Source: Chloropicon primus
Lineage: Eukaryota
Length of the DNA stretch: 64,000 bases
NCBI GenBank assembly: GCA_023205875.1
Contig: CP060765.1
Span: 558,001-622,000 of the forward strand
Reading direction: 5' to 3'
Below the pieces are notes generated by a model. That model did no database searches. It was not told where the DNA came from and saw only the letters and a list, made by a program, of their open reading frames with translations. Position numbers and translations under genes: made by a program. Positions 32,301 to 40,570 of the stretch are shown piece by piece; the first letter of the stretch is position 1; every line of letters starts with the position of its first letter.

Positions 32301-32469
32301 GCACCGGGAGCAAATTGCCTCGCTTCCCCGAGCGACCGAAGTTTGCAGACAGGGCCTTGGGCTTGAGCCTTCCCTTTTGACCCTTGGCCTTGACATCTAC
32401 AGACATGTAGAGCCCCCTCTCGAGCGGGTTCTTCCCGCTCCCGCTCGCCATCTCTTCCTCACGAGCCAT
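20389..32469 (-). CDS. Axonemal inner-arm dynein heavy chain (DNAH6-like), single exon, 4026 aa
   Basis: P-loops GPAGTGKTET, GPTGGGKT, GESGVGKS and GVGGSGKQS; CFDEFNRI; stalk coiled coil; C-terminal YECPLYKTSVRAGVLSTTGQSTN. Confidence 0.93.
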   Translation of the reverse strand: MAREEEMASGSGKNPLERGLYMSVDVKAKGQKGRLKPKALSANFGRSGKRGNLLPVLKSSKKSKVRGTSQGSSAAKMPGETGQDLKGRDIDHPIKIRGQDESSSSGDETTEMAGGPGGRQLSIASMDEEARPWYSFLNMLREHYDSLEFVYLAPLKTNSLAYNPYDLEVVNHSDIDEDHFYTMSAAGVTHFIDGQAEFTPLDQWKREYHLYNQIINLDVFRQYKLWKGFATWKKCVRHKKTRHCKQMLERNLFILNPVFQKSLLKIRNFCHELSDLTLHDIDTENLYALDDFYEKQVTRREVVRDTLGELFSSIVETVEDSCSAAIEILEERLFGKGSEQEGDFLATATEKKMGKNTQRIEDENKFSYAITAAKRSEQRKLFNYIRLADYMICDTLHDVLIGSVGGVLDVLGHPSARLDEVVEKQSSPIFEIEILMDEEDELIFKPSVDDFQAKAEDILEGFLDVMGAVIRLPTHDKLKVFIEQNVDIEISITIAELVADEKYHGLASEVKDSLALAFEDAEEFKTIFAPYRDIVLENRDVNSADMRKEVENGQRTLEIFRDDVLLYQKQLEEITALSTTNDNGIIRVNMEGLKNEFLPSPQRCLHEISELLPRLASESYGDFVSDLRNANSNLSSVPSTVEEFVDFLEFLAKVSEERENYESRYVAVVSHYDLIEEFSIKVPDIEHAAYQTLGPDFSNFKNSIEVAEASKDEYISKFSAVLENDCDELTKTAVDIRLHAQNEIILDEKSDTQTVWDYTKDLVNKVADLKQQAKTIQKHQRLFRVTEARFDDLDACSEEVDLKHSLWDATVSWSSVAEKWQQEQFEKLDVPDMEEKIMKYSKLVFKCERGLPMNKVVDNLKDKVYKFKDTLPIVQNLRNEDMKERHWEKVQEVMNQELVRDESFTLGLLMSFSVENFKDDISRISTEATQEASLEGMLKKINDKWVDIEFTVLPFKELKDAFILGGVDEIIAALEDSMVTMSVILASRFVTGIRAEVDKLNNQLRLFSDTLDEWLECQKQWMYLESIFSAADIQRQLPNESKAFFAVDKQFKDIMRRTKDRGNALQAGSTPGWLELFQKSNETLEKVQKNLEDYLETKRMSFPRFYFLSNDELLEILSQTKNVQAVQPHMSKCFDGIKSLDFGEDPKSTDIFGMKSGEGEYVSLGKNLRARGNIEKWLTDVETFMQNSLKRLGKKGYNDYASSERKEWILAQPAQLVLSCHSIHWCGELEACLAPNSENPGSDLETFLEKNVKNLAMLSELVRTDLTKLQRKILVTLITLDVHNRDIVSNLIGEKIHKISDFGWQMQLRFYWSEETDSIIVRQVNAKFVYGYEYLGAQPRLVVTPMTDRCYMTLTGALHLKLGGAPAGPAGTGKTETTKDLGKALGIQCVVFNCGDNLDYKFMGKFFSGLAQCGAWACFDEFNRIDIEVLSVVAQQLLTIQNAMKAGVNKFVFEGREIRLIPCGVFITMNPGYAGRTELPDNLKALFRNVAMMIPDYALVAEVMLFAEGFEDAKTLSRKMVKLYKLSSEQLSQQDHYDFGMRALKSVLVMAGSLKRASPNLSEDITLIRAMRDSNIPKFLEEDCVLFNAIVKDLFPGVEVPANDYGDLKTAIEKCTTDATLQTVDDFILKVIQLYETFNVRFGVMLVGPTGGGKTEIYRMLKAAMTLLRERNNPNESFQKTHTYVFNPKCIKMGELYGEYNLLTNEWTDGLGSTLIRNAVADTKEDKKWVVFDGPVDAIWIENMNTVLDDNCTLCLPNGERIKLNPTTMRMLFEVQDLAVASPATVSRCGMVYVPAETTGWRPYIQTWLAHLADKLLEKKASDSAELCQSLLALFDAHINHCLQYIRKNCREYIGSVDINLVTTVSKVIESLLLQFFETHRSAENNTETVKGALGQLFAFSLVWGVSGNVIETFWEKFDEFAREELSENCSLPPGGQLYDYYINEELEFKPWGNIVKSFEYKSDVPYFQLLVPTLDTTRYSWLMGTFLDVNYSVLFIGESGVGKSAIAMNLLSTSQEKNILPIVANFSAQTTAIDTQFLIESKLEKKRKTRFGAPPGKKFVLFVDDVNMPARETYGAQPPVELLRQFQDFKGFYDRKKLFWKDIEDTVICTACAPPGGGRQEITPRFVRHFALLNVPQPSEEVMQKIFSSICGGFLEDFPPEFKGLLKPMVDSTIEIYNRISTELLPTPTKSHYTFNLRDISKVFQGILLIKPGNCQQKEVLTKLWAHENMRVFHDRLINDEDKKWLMEMMHQMLRGRFSIPESYEEYFESEPIMFGDYLRLGVDREDKVYEEVKELEKVKKLLIDYLDDYNMSSTNAMNLVFFRDAIEHVNRLARVLRQPRGNAMLVGVGGSGKQSLTRFACHMSDTECFQIELKRGYKLNEFREDIKSLYKKAGIDGTPLAFLFTDNQIADESFVEDVNNILNSGEVPGMYTSDEKEKCIADIRQWCDDQGMQLSRDGLYQAFVDRVRDNLHIVLCMSPVGEAFRARCRQFPSLINCCTIDWYSQWPEDALLSVSEQYLANVKLESDEINKAVARACVDVHLSITKANELFYSELRRKYYITPKSYLDLINMYVQLLAEKREEYSISRDRLVNGLNKLKQTNEVVDTMKEELNKLQPILKDKSESTTKLIAEVEGEKAEAEKVKKVVSAEAAEVDKSTAETQAIKDDAQKDLDQALPALEGATKALNALNKGDITEIKGFKNPPPLVGMTMEVVCILLQQKADWDSAKKVLGDIQFINKLIDYDKDNIPEKVLKQIKKYIEDPVFTPDAVAKQSNAAKSLCMWCRAMDTYAKIAKVVGPKREALREAETKLQTMQAALAEKQAQLKEVVDKVDGLQAQLEKSQSELKELKDQADLSEKRLARAGKLTSALGDEAVRWNETAEQIAESMVLLIGDVFNASGYISYLGAFTGSYRNNILADWMKLCKESNIPVSDDFTLQKVCASAVEVREWNIQGLPTDNVSVDNGILVTRGKRWPLMIDPQSQANKWIKTMQAKNGLRTIKLTDANLLRTLENSIRIGSPVLLEDIGEVLDPALDPVLQKQVFKQGNRSLIRIGDSDVDYDENFRFYMTTKMSNPHYLPEICIKVTLINFTVTFKGLEDQLLGDLVRKERPDLEEQKDRLVVSISNDKRQLRDLEDKILKLLKESQGNILDDEVLINTLNNSKLTSGVIAGRVKEAEETEAKINAAREEWRPAPIRGSILYFVIADLALIDPMYQYSLSYFTQLFNYCIDESEKADTVEQRLENLMTYTTRFMYLMVCRGLFEAHKTIYSFLICSSILRQEGTLLAEKWNFFLRGAVGGNEEIEVPQELQGWMTKSAWQNVLGLSASVDSMKALPETIKSNPKAWEDFLRSEEPQNADIPALGEGGIDNFDRVLFTKIFREDSLLFSIQRYIGDNLGKEFTDIPPLNIEEVYKDSNKSTPVIFILSTGADPTGMVQRFAVTKDRIPGERLHIISLGQGQGPIAEMRIRQATETGDWVCLQNCHLAKSWMVRMEQIVEGLQTDPDVHDEFRLWLTSMPAAHFPVPVLQSGIKVTMEPPKGIRANILRSYADQPPAFLDSCTKPAPWKKLVFACNFFHAVIQERRKFGPIGWNKAYDFSNSDLETSMMTLRNFLDEQDFIPWPALVYVTGMINYGGRVTDDLDRRLLMSILAKYYNPEVLDESYKLTPSGIYRVPEEGDLESYQTYIRGLPITDTPDIFGMHDNATLQFQMQESKKVVDVVLSIQPQVSTASGGKSSEDIVAELAKEIEEKMPRILDRENASEERNPFAVTESGQANSLGTVLGQEMDRFNRLIKVLNKSLKDIQMAIQGTIVMSGDIDLMFTRMLNNQVPQLWDRYGYPSLKPLAGWVKDFMARVAFMDDWLCNGEPKSFWLSGLFFPQGFLTGALQNHARKTQIAIDRLNFGFTCTDITALDGLESAPENGVYIHGLFLVCAQFDLEKKMLIESSPGNMFAGLPMIHFEPIENYVPPKENYECPLYKTSVRAGVLSTTGQSTNYVLNLSVPIDPKTNPDFWILQGTAALCALDD

Positions 32470-33197
32470 GGCTCAATGTTCCCCTCGCTGCTTTCTCTCG
32501 AACACAAGAAACAAGGAACACAAGAACCAGCAACTAGGACAAACTCTGACCCATTGAATTACCCAACCGAAGCAAGGTCTCTCTCTCCCTCTCCCTCTCC
32601 CTCTCCCCCCCCCCTCTCTCTCTCCAGTCGTCCAATCACCCAACCGATCAAGGTAAGGTCGTCGTGGCCAGGTCTCTCCTCACCACCCGAGGCGTCCCCT
32701 TGCGCCGGTCCCTGCCGTGGTCGCGCGCGCCTTGGCGTTCCCTCAAAACTCCCCTCCTCCTCCCTCCTCCTCCCTCCTCGCGTTTGAACTCTGCAGACGC
32801 CACCTTGGGAATTACTTAATGAAATACGACGACCTCGAAAGAGGAGCGAAGATTTCATCAAGAGGAATAAGGGATAACAAGGGATATCTACAAGGGGGGG
32901 GGATTTTGACGACATTTGACGAGGACTCCAAGCTCCAGGGTAAGAAGGAGTGTAAAAGGGGGGGAGAGAGAGACCAGGAGGGGAGGAAGGCCGAGGGGGG
33001 GTTCAGGCTTGGGAGGGTGCAAGACATCAAGTTGTAACGTACGCGGCGGCCACGTCGTGTCGGCGTGAGGAGGAGGGGGGAGGAGGAAAGGTCAGGGTGG
33101 CACAGAATACAGCTACAGAATCTGATCAGAATACATGATTTACAGTCTCACATACCATGGTGGGCTTGCTCTGCGAAGGAATCCCCCTCCTCACTCT

Positions 33198-33662
33198 TCA
33201 CACATATAGCTTCTTCGCCTGGATCCGACCAAGGATCTCTTTGGTGTGCAAGCTCCCTCCCACCTCTTGAAGAACGCGATAGATGGCATCCAGAAGCGTT
33301 CTCTTTCCATTCCTAGTCTTGATAGGACGTGCGTTGCCTCTCATCATAGTCACCTTCTCTGGCACTGTCTGTGCTTGCCAGGACGACTCCGCTCCACCAC
33401 TATCAATACCCTCCCCACTATCACTGTCTTCTTCTTCGATGATGGTGGTGGAACAAGTCAAGAAGCTCTCGAAAGCCCTTGGATCCATCCTCGTGACAAC
33501 ATCCTCTCCTCTCTCGAGACTCTTGCTGACGTCCCTGACAAACTTTTCCTTGCTCATCTTGCTGCTATTGTTGCTTGTGGATGGTCCACTGCCACCATCA
33601 CCACCACCATTCGTCCCTCTGGTGCGTGTCCTGGGACTTTGTCTCGTGGGTCGCCTCATCAT
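33198..33662 (-). CDS. Small protein ending in an apparently truncated HARE-type winged HTH
   Basis: [33 protein letters not shown] then stop. TGTAA on the minus strand at about 33140. Confidence 0.4.
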   Translation of the reverse strand: MMRRPTRQSPRTRTRGTNGGGDGGSGPSTSNNSSKMSKEKFVRDVSKSLERGEDVVTRMDPRAFESFLTCSTTIIEEEDSDSGEGIDSGGAESSWQAQTVPEKVTMMRGNARPIKTRNGKRTLLDAIYRVLQEVGGSLHTKEILGRIQAKKLYV

Positions 33663-34092
33663 CGAATCCAGCACTGCGCACAATACTTCACTGCTCGTTG
33701 AGTTCTCTTTCTCTTCCCCGACTGAGCTCACAAACCAGTCCTCTGGCAGCCAGTCCTCTGTCCTCTCCAAGCGAGGACCGCTCCTCTTTGTCAAAACCTT
33801 CCACCGAGGTGTCAATCGAAAGCCCGTGCGATGCCCTTCCGCTTGCTCAACACCTCCTCCCCTTCGCCCCCGACCATGCACAAAGTCCTCGACAACCCCC
33901 CCCCCTATGCCATCGCCATCGACCGAGAGCGAGTCTGTCGTATTCTCAAGTGGTTTGCACCAGAGCGAGAAGCGAGGAGCGAGGAAGGAGGGAGGAGGGA
34001 GAGGAGTTCGTGTTGTCTTCGTGGAGGGAAGGGGCGAGGGGAGTGGCACGAGGGGAGGTGCGTCTGACGTCTCGACGGTTCGGTTCGGTGGG

Positions 34093-34881
34093 ATGACGAG
34101 GGGAGGCACGAGGGGAGGGAGGGACCAGTTCTCTTGGGAGGACGTCAAGGCGGACAAGCACAGGGAGAACTTCTTGGGGAACAGCGTCAAGGCCGCGGTG
34201 GGACGGTGGCAGGAGGGGAGGGACATACTATGGTACTCGAGGGCGAAGAGGACCGAGGCGTCGAGCTCGGGGGGGGGCGCAGGAGTCACCAGGCAGGAGG
34301 AGCAGGAGAGGGCAAGGGCCGAGAGGGAAGAGGTGAAGCGGAAGGAGGAGGAGCTGGTACGTGCAGAACGGACTGAACTCGAGAGTTCGGTCCCGTCGAA
34401 TCACTCGCGCGTTCGTTCGACCTGACTCTCGTTTGGTTCTTTGCTCGAACAGATGCAGGAGGCTCTGGGCTTGAGGCCACCCTCTCTTGGTGGGGGGTCC
34501 GGCGGTCAGAAGAAGATGTTGGAAAAGCACGACATGGCGGAGCTGCTTCGGCGCGGGAGATCCAATGAGGAGAGGGACGACAGGTTCGTGGAGTCAGAGC
34601 GCATCACGGGCCTGGGAAACGTTTACCAGTCCACCAAGCACGGCGTGGAGAGGGAAGTCATGGAGGGCGTAGGCCTCGAGGCGGACGAGGGCGCCGGGGC
34701 GGAAGGGCTGGGTGGAGAAGAGGGCAGGTCGTCTGAGCCCAAGCACAGGCACCGGAGCAGGAGGCACAAGCACCGGCGGGACGAGGGCAGCAGAAGCCGC
34801 CACAGGAGGAGCCACCACAGGAGGAGGAAGCACCGAGAGAGGAGCAGGAGCAGGAGCAGAGAGAGGCATGATTCTGACTGA
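34093..34881 (+). CDS. MMTAG2: Multiple myeloma tumor-associated protein 2 homolog; exons 34093-34356 and 34453-34881
   Basis: [57 protein letters not shown] across a phase-0 intron; Arg/His-rich tail. Confidence 0.88.
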
Positions 34882-34967
34882 TGGGCCGTTGCGTGTATCA
34901 TATTATAGCAATTATTATGTCATAGCCTGGCGTGCAGCTTCACGTTCCAATTCTTTGGTTTTCTCCG

Positions 34968-35559
34968 TCACTGCTCGTCCTTTGTCGGGAAGAGTAGGGC
35001 TTCCAGCCTCCCCGTCTCGAAGGCCAAGACGGTGTCGTCGCCGCCCCCGATGAGCCTCCCCCGGACGAAGACCTGGGGCACCGTGCGGATCCCAGTGATT
35101 TTGGAAAGAGTTTCCTGAACCCTCGAACCGTCCTCCATCCTGTCAAGCTCGTACGCTGCGCAAAACAAAACGCGAGGATCATTGAGATGGTGAGCCAAGT
35201 TGAGAAATCGCTGGTCAGTTTGAAGCATTGAGTACGGACAGTCCTCCTCGTCCGCCGGTCTTACCAAAGTACTCCGTGTCGAGCTCGTCGAAGACGTCCT
35301 TCGCCCTTCTCGAGTACGGGCAGTAGCTCTTGCTGTAGATGACCACCTGGTGCTGTTTGGTCTGCATCCTTATCTTGTCCTCCAAAGTGACACCTTTTTT
35401 CTTCCCCTTCCCCTTGACTGACCACCCCACCAAGGTGGCCACCACGAGAAGTCCGAAGAGGGTTAACCCTGCGACCTTCCTCACCCCGGATCCCCCCCTC
35501 CTCCCTCCCCTCTTCCTCTTGGGGTCGTACTCGTCCCCGAGCACACCTCCCCTCACCAT
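34968..35559 (-). CDS. Class I glutaredoxin (CPYS) with N-terminal membrane anchor; exons 35265-35559 and 34968-35155
   Basis: VVIYSKSYCPYS, TVPQVFVRGRLIGGGDD. Intron 35156-35264 restores the frame. Confidence 0.85.
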
Positions 35560-35820
35560 CTTGGCGCTCTCTCTCCTGCTCCTGGTCTGCAGCCTGTCCT
35601 TGGGATCCGAGCACCGCGCAGGACAACAAGCGAGAGAGCGCACGCCACGGGTCTTCCGGGAGGCGAGGTCGTGAGTCAAGGACGCGGGGAGCGACTCGAT
35701 GCCATAAACAACCTCTTGCTCTTTCCACAGACCCCTCACTTGCGTCAAGAGCGACCAGGAAGACCAGTTTCTTCTTCTGCATCTCTGCAGCTGCACGAGG
35801 AGAGACGAGGAAGGGAAGGA

Positions 35821-37176
35821 ATGATGATGAGGTTGTCGGCGCGCTCGCTGAGGCAGCTGGGGGGAGCGTACCCGAAGCTCTGCCGCGGTCACCAAGGGAA
35901 CGCCCTCTACCACGCGGCACAGGCATCGAGGAGCCTGGGGACGAACGTGGACGAGGAGGAGAGGAGGGGAGGAGGAGGCGGATTGTGGACGAGGAATCGC
36001 GTGGCGGAGTTGGCACCAGGGGTGGGAGCATCATTTGGCGTGATGACGGCGGGGTATGAGACGGCAGAGTTCCTAGGTCAAGGTCTCCTGAGCTTGCAGG
36101 GAGTGGAGTCCTCCGTGAACCCCATCTCCGGGATACCTTGCTCCATCCTCCTCGGCCTCGCCATCAAGAATGTGTTGCCCTTGGAAGCCTTGGGCGGGAA
36201 AGTTCTCGCCCCTGGAATCAAGTTCTCCTCCAAGGCCCTCCTTCAGCTCGGCATCGTGTGCGTTGGGGCCAAGCTCAGCGCGGCCGACTTGGTGTCGACC
36301 GGGGTTATCGGGATCCCCGCGGTCGTGGCCAGCATCACCTCAGGCCTGCTTTTCGTTCCTTGGCTGGGAAACAAGCTGGGGCTGCCGCACAAGATGAGCA
36401 CCCTCATCGCCTGCGGAACTTCGATCTGCGGGGTCACGGCAATAAGCGCGCTGTCCCCGGCCATCAGGGCGACGGAGAGGGAGACGAGCTTTGCGATCGC
36501 AAACGTAGTCGCCTTTGGGACAATTGGAATGCTCGCTTACCCGTATCTTGCTCACCACATCTTGCCAACGACGCACCAGATCGGCATGTTCCTTGGCCTG
36601 GCGGTGCACGACACGTCCCAAGCGATTGGGAGCGCGCTGACGTACAGCAGCGTGTACGGGAGCGAGGAGGTCGTCAAGGTCACCGCGATCACAAAGCTGT
36701 CCCGAAACCTGTGCCTTGCCGCTGTCATACCAGGGCTCACGTACACCACAGCGAGGAGGGAAAGGAGGGAGAGGGAAGCCGAGCATTCGGGCGGGTTGGC
36801 CGCGAGCGCCGGGGAAGACGCAGGATCCCTTCTTCCCACGCTCGAAGGGTTGAAGAAGTACGTCCCCGGTTTCGTAGTCGGATTCGTTGCCATGTCAATC
36901 CTCCGCTCGGCGGGCGATTTTACTTTGGACCACTACGGCCTCGCCCTGGGCCTCGTCGATGGATCGCAGTGGAAGGAGCTCACGAGCGTTGTCGGTTCCG
37001 ACCTCGGCTCGCACTACCTTCTCGGCACCGCCATGGCCGCCGTGGGATTGAGCACGAGCACCTCAAACCTCAGAGGCGTCGGATACAAACCATTCGTGGT
37101 GGGCCTCGCAGGTGCGGGGGTCGTGGGAACGACGGGTTTTGCGTCCACCATGCTGCTAGGCAACTTGTTCCTGTGA
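35821..37176 (+). CDS. UPF0324/YeiH (putative sulfate exporter) family membrane protein with transit-like N-terminus
   Basis: LLQLGIVCVGAKLS, LIACGTSICGVTAISA, GMFLGLAVHDTSQ, TKLSRNL, AMAAVGLST. Confidence 0.85.
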   Translation: MMMRLSARSLRQLGGAYPKLCRGHQGNALYHAAQASRSLGTNVDEEERRGGGGGLWTRNRVAELAPGVGASFGVMTAGYETAEFLGQGLLSLQGVESSVNPISGIPCSILLGLAIKNVLPLEALGGKVLAPGIKFSSKALLQLGIVCVGAKLSAADLVSTGVIGIPAVVASITSGLLFVPWLGNKLGLPHKMSTLIACGTSICGVTAISALSPAIRATERETSFAIANVVAFGTIGMLAYPYLAHHILPTTHQIGMFLGLAVHDTSQAIGSALTYSSVYGSEEVVKVTAITKLSRNLCLAAVIPGLTYTTARRERREREAEHSGGLAASAGEDAGSLLPTLEGLKKYVPGFVVGFVAMSILRSAGDFTLDHYGLALGLVDGSQWKELTSVVGSDLGSHYLLGTAMAAVGLSTSTSNLRGVGYKPFVVGLAGAGVVGTTGFASTMLLGNLFL

Positions 37177-37335
37177 TTGGGGCAAACAGTTTTGAAACCA
37201 CCTCCGGAGAGAGCGAACGGAGAGAGAGAGAGAGAGAGAGAGAGGATGGCAAAGATAACACGCTGGTTGTCCTAAGATTTTTTATTTTCATGATTGTGTT
37301 GCGACTCACGCGACTGGCTATCCGCCTCCAATCGA

Positions 37336-37976
37336 TTAGAGCTTGGCCACCAGCTTCTGGAGGTCTCCCCTCGCCAGCGCCTCCTTGGTGTCTACACGGG
37401 AAAGAGAGAGAGAGAGAAGAGTCAGACAGTCAGGCACGGAACCGAACCAAGGAGGAGGCCTTTGCGTTCCCGTTCAATCTTACCGTCACACCCTCCGATG
37501 AACTCGCCTTTGACGAACACCTGCGGCACCGTCCTCACCCCCGTCAACTCCTGAAGGGCTTCTTGCACGTCGGGTCCCTCCTCGATCTCGTCGAGTTCCA
37601 GAGCAAAGTACTGCGTGTCAAGACCATCGAAGATGGCCTTCGCCTGGCTGCAGAAAGGACACCAGCTCTTGCTGTAGATCACGACGCCGTTCTCGGCATT
37701 CAGGCTGGCGATCTTCTCCACCAATCCTCCGCCGTCCTCGCTTCCGCTTCCCCCTGCCTTGGTCATCACGCTCCTCCGTCCCACGCCACGCGTGGTGGTG
37801 CGTGTCCTTGCCGGTTCGAGGGCGTTGGCCTTCGTCTTCGTCGCGCGCCTCCTCCTTCCAGCAAGGGACGACGGGCCAACGGAGGACGACGCGAGGCTTC
37901 CTGCGGTTCCCCCTGCGCTCCACGGCCGCACGGTGCGGACGCGACTTGCTCCTGCCTTCCACGCACCGGTCGCCAT
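37336..37976 (-). CDS. Class I glutaredoxin (CPFC), probably organellar; exons 37484-37976 and 37336-37391
   Basis: VVIYSKSWCPFC, TVPQVFVKGEFIGGCD|DTKEALARGDLQKL. Intron 37392-37483. Confidence 0.87.
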
Positions 37977-38275
37977 CCTCCTGCAATGTCTGCTGCTGGC
38001 TTGGCTTGCCAACCCTGGAGGAGGGAGGGGGTTACAGGGGAAGGATGATGGATCCACGAGCATGCATTGTTGGGAAGCGAGCCCTGGGCCTCAGCCTTGC
38101 TCTCTGTGCTCCGAGCACAAGGCCAGGATGCGATTCAGGATCTCTGGAGAAGGTCTGTGTGAGGGTGGAACCAAGGTCAGGAGGGTCAGTGTGGGGCTAA
38201 ATGCTAGTAACTAATGAATGAAAGAATGAATCCACGTGCATGCATTGTTGGAAAGTGACGCCTGGGGTGGCCGCC

Positions 38276-40135
38276 TCAGCCTTGCTCTGCTTCCAAGTAC
38301 AGTTTCGAGGCCTTGATGCGATCGGGGGGAACGAGGGCCTCCTCTGTCTTCTCCCCTGGAGGGACCCGGGCGGGCGCAAGGTGGGTCAACCAGTGGCTGA
38401 AGGAAGGTTCCTCCGGCTCTGCAGAATTTGCCAAAACTCGATTCGGGTCGTCGTAACCGAGGCCAGAGAGGATGGGCCTCCAGGACGCTGGAATGTCGTC
38501 GTTCTCCCTCGCCGCAACCGCGTCCACGCCAGGAGCACTGCTGCTCGCATTTTGTGCGGGCTTGGAGGAGAGTTGCCCGAGCCCCACGAGGACGTCCATC
38601 ACGTTTCGGATGGCCTGGGTCCAGGACACCGGCGGCACCGCGGGCTCCGTTGTGGTCGCGTTTGCCTCGACTTTTCTCTGCACCGACCTTATCGCGAGGG
38701 CGTCGGTCCCGACGCTCCCCTCGTCCTCGGGCTCCTCCCCCTCCTCCTCAGTGTCCTTGGGCTTGGCTCTGCAGGTGATCTGCTCCACGTCCTGCCAGCC
38801 CTTCTTGCCCAGGGACTCCGGAATCGCGAACAAGCTCCTGCCGTCGTGGCTGTACACGATGCTCTCCACCTGGTCGAACCTCGGCAGGCCCAGCTGCCTC
38901 GGCTTGATGTCCTTCAGCTCCTTGAAGTTGAGGGGCTCGGAGAAGACGTACTCAAAGGCCCCCGAGTAGGTCTGGACGGCGAGCCTCTTGCCGCTGGGGT
39001 GCAAGTTCGCCCCCGTGATCATCCAGAAGATGGGGGGAAAGGAGGTGCAGTCCGTTCCGTTCATGAACATGTCGATCAGCCCCTGCTGGTTGCCGTACTC
39101 GTGGAGCTTCTTGTACTTGTACACGTTCGTTGCGATCTTCTCGTCCTCGATAATCTTCCTGCCGAACAGGGCGTTCTCGGGCCGGGAGAGCCACTCCCAC
39201 GCCTCCGGCGCCTTCTCGCAGGCCCTGGGGAAGGTCGTGATCTGCCTCATCTTGATCTGGACGAACCTGTCCTTGCCCGCGCCCGCGAGAGCCTCGGCAA
39301 TGTCGTCGCTCTCGAAGACCCTGGGCCACGCGTAAACCTCCTTCTCCCAGTGCTGCTTCTTCTCGAACAGCCAGACCTTGTTCCCCTGCGGGGCGACCAC
39401 CATGGCCTCGACGTCGAAGCTGCCGCCCTTCACCCACAACCCCGTGCTGTCGTCCGCGTACTCGAACTCGAACTGGAAGGTCCAGTGGTCCTTCTTGCAC
39501 ACGTGAATGTCGTAGAACTTGCCGCTCCCCGCGGTGCCGTGGTTCATCTCCACGTCCGGCTCCACGACCACGTGGACCCGCTGCCTGTTCCTCCTCTTGC
39601 TGTTGTCCCCCGTGTCGGCGATCCAAAGGCAGCTGCGCCCCGAGCCGTCCGGGCAAAGGCCGTTGTCGATGTCCTCCCAGTCAGTCTGCCTCTCCACCTG
39701 GCTCGGAAGGTGGGCCCTCGCGATCACGTCCCCGGGCTGGTGGCGATGGGGGTACCCGCGAAGGCTCTCGTCCGTCCCGAGCCTGATGGCGAACACGTCA
39801 TTCACCTTGCCGTCGTTGTGCCCCCAGAACACGTCGTTGTGGATCCCGCTCCTGGCAAGGCCACTCAGCTCCCGCAGCCACCCGCTCCTCACCTTGTACG
39901 ACTGGCTCGGGAACGGGTCGTAGTCGTGCGTGCCATCGCACGCCTCCAACGCCGAGGCGGCGATGTCCTCCCTGGCCTGCTTGGCCAACTTCTGCTCCCT
40001 GGAGAACACGAACTGCGTCGGCTGGGACGAGCACACGTCCGCCCGAACGACCGCGAGGCAGAGCGACAGAGCGACAACGCCAACGACAATGCCAACAACG
40101 CCTACCCTCGGCCAAGAACCCCTCGGCATCGCCAT
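38276..40135 (-). CDS. Secreted/anchored bacterial-type beta-propeller protein
   Basis: Signal/TM segment, then ELSGLARS..FWGHNDG, DWEDI, LWIADTGDN, FDVEAM, ITGANLHPSGKRLAVQTY, QVESIVYSHDG. Confidence 0.65.
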   Translation of the reverse strand: MAMPRGSWPRVGVVGIVVGVVALSLCLAVVRADVCSSQPTQFVFSREQKLAKQAREDIAASALEACDGTHDYDPFPSQSYKVRSGWLRELSGLARSGIHNDVFWGHNDGKVNDVFAIRLGTDESLRGYPHRHQPGDVIARAHLPSQVERQTDWEDIDNGLCPDGSGRSCLWIADTGDNSKRRNRQRVHVVVEPDVEMNHGTAGSGKFYDIHVCKKDHWTFQFEFEYADDSTGLWVKGGSFDVEAMVVAPQGNKVWLFEKKQHWEKEVYAWPRVFESDDIAEALAGAGKDRFVQIKMRQITTFPRACEKAPEAWEWLSRPENALFGRKIIEDEKIATNVYKYKKLHEYGNQQGLIDMFMNGTDCTSFPPIFWMITGANLHPSGKRLAVQTYSGAFEYVFSEPLNFKELKDIKPRQLGLPRFDQVESIVYSHDGRSLFAIPESLGKKGWQDVEQITCRAKPKDTEEEGEEPEDEGSVGTDALAIRSVQRKVEANATTTEPAVPPVSWTQAIRNVMDVLVGLGQLSSKPAQNASSSAPGVDAVAARENDDIPASWRPILSGLGYDDPNRVLANSAEPEEPSFSHWLTHLAPARVPPGEKTEEALVPPDRIKASKLYLEAEQG

Positions 40136-40570
40136 CAAGTCGAGACGAGGCCGAGACCCAAGCTCCTGCTGGGCCAGGCGTTACGGTTACGCACCGAGCC
40201 GCTCCGCTCCTCGCAAGCCGAGAACGCGCGCGCGAGAGAGAGGGAGCAAGGTTCTAGATCACCGATCGTTCGATCGCCGTCTCGCGTGGTTCGGTCGTGA
40301 TGGTCGTGGTCGTGCTAGTGATACGATACGCTTTGTCCTCCTCCTCCACGTGCGATGCCGAGGACGAGGCGCGATTCTTGGAAGCCTCGCCCTCGCTTTT
40401 GCTTCTCTCAACAAACTAACAGGGGAGCACGAGCCACTGCTACAGCCCACCACGAGGCAGAGAGACAGAGACAGAGACAGAAACAGAAACAGAGGCAGGG
40501 AGGCAAGGAAAGGGTTTCGTCCGCTGCCTTCCTCGCTGCCTTCCTCCCTCCTTGGCTTTGGCTTGGCCCC

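Noticed and set aside
20347..32787. Very long plus-strand ORFs (for example 1405 aa at 22534-26751), and similar ones opposite TPS1, ALG7 and the Kelch gene
   Set aside because: Antisense shadows of genes with strong GC3 codon bias; no recognisable domains.
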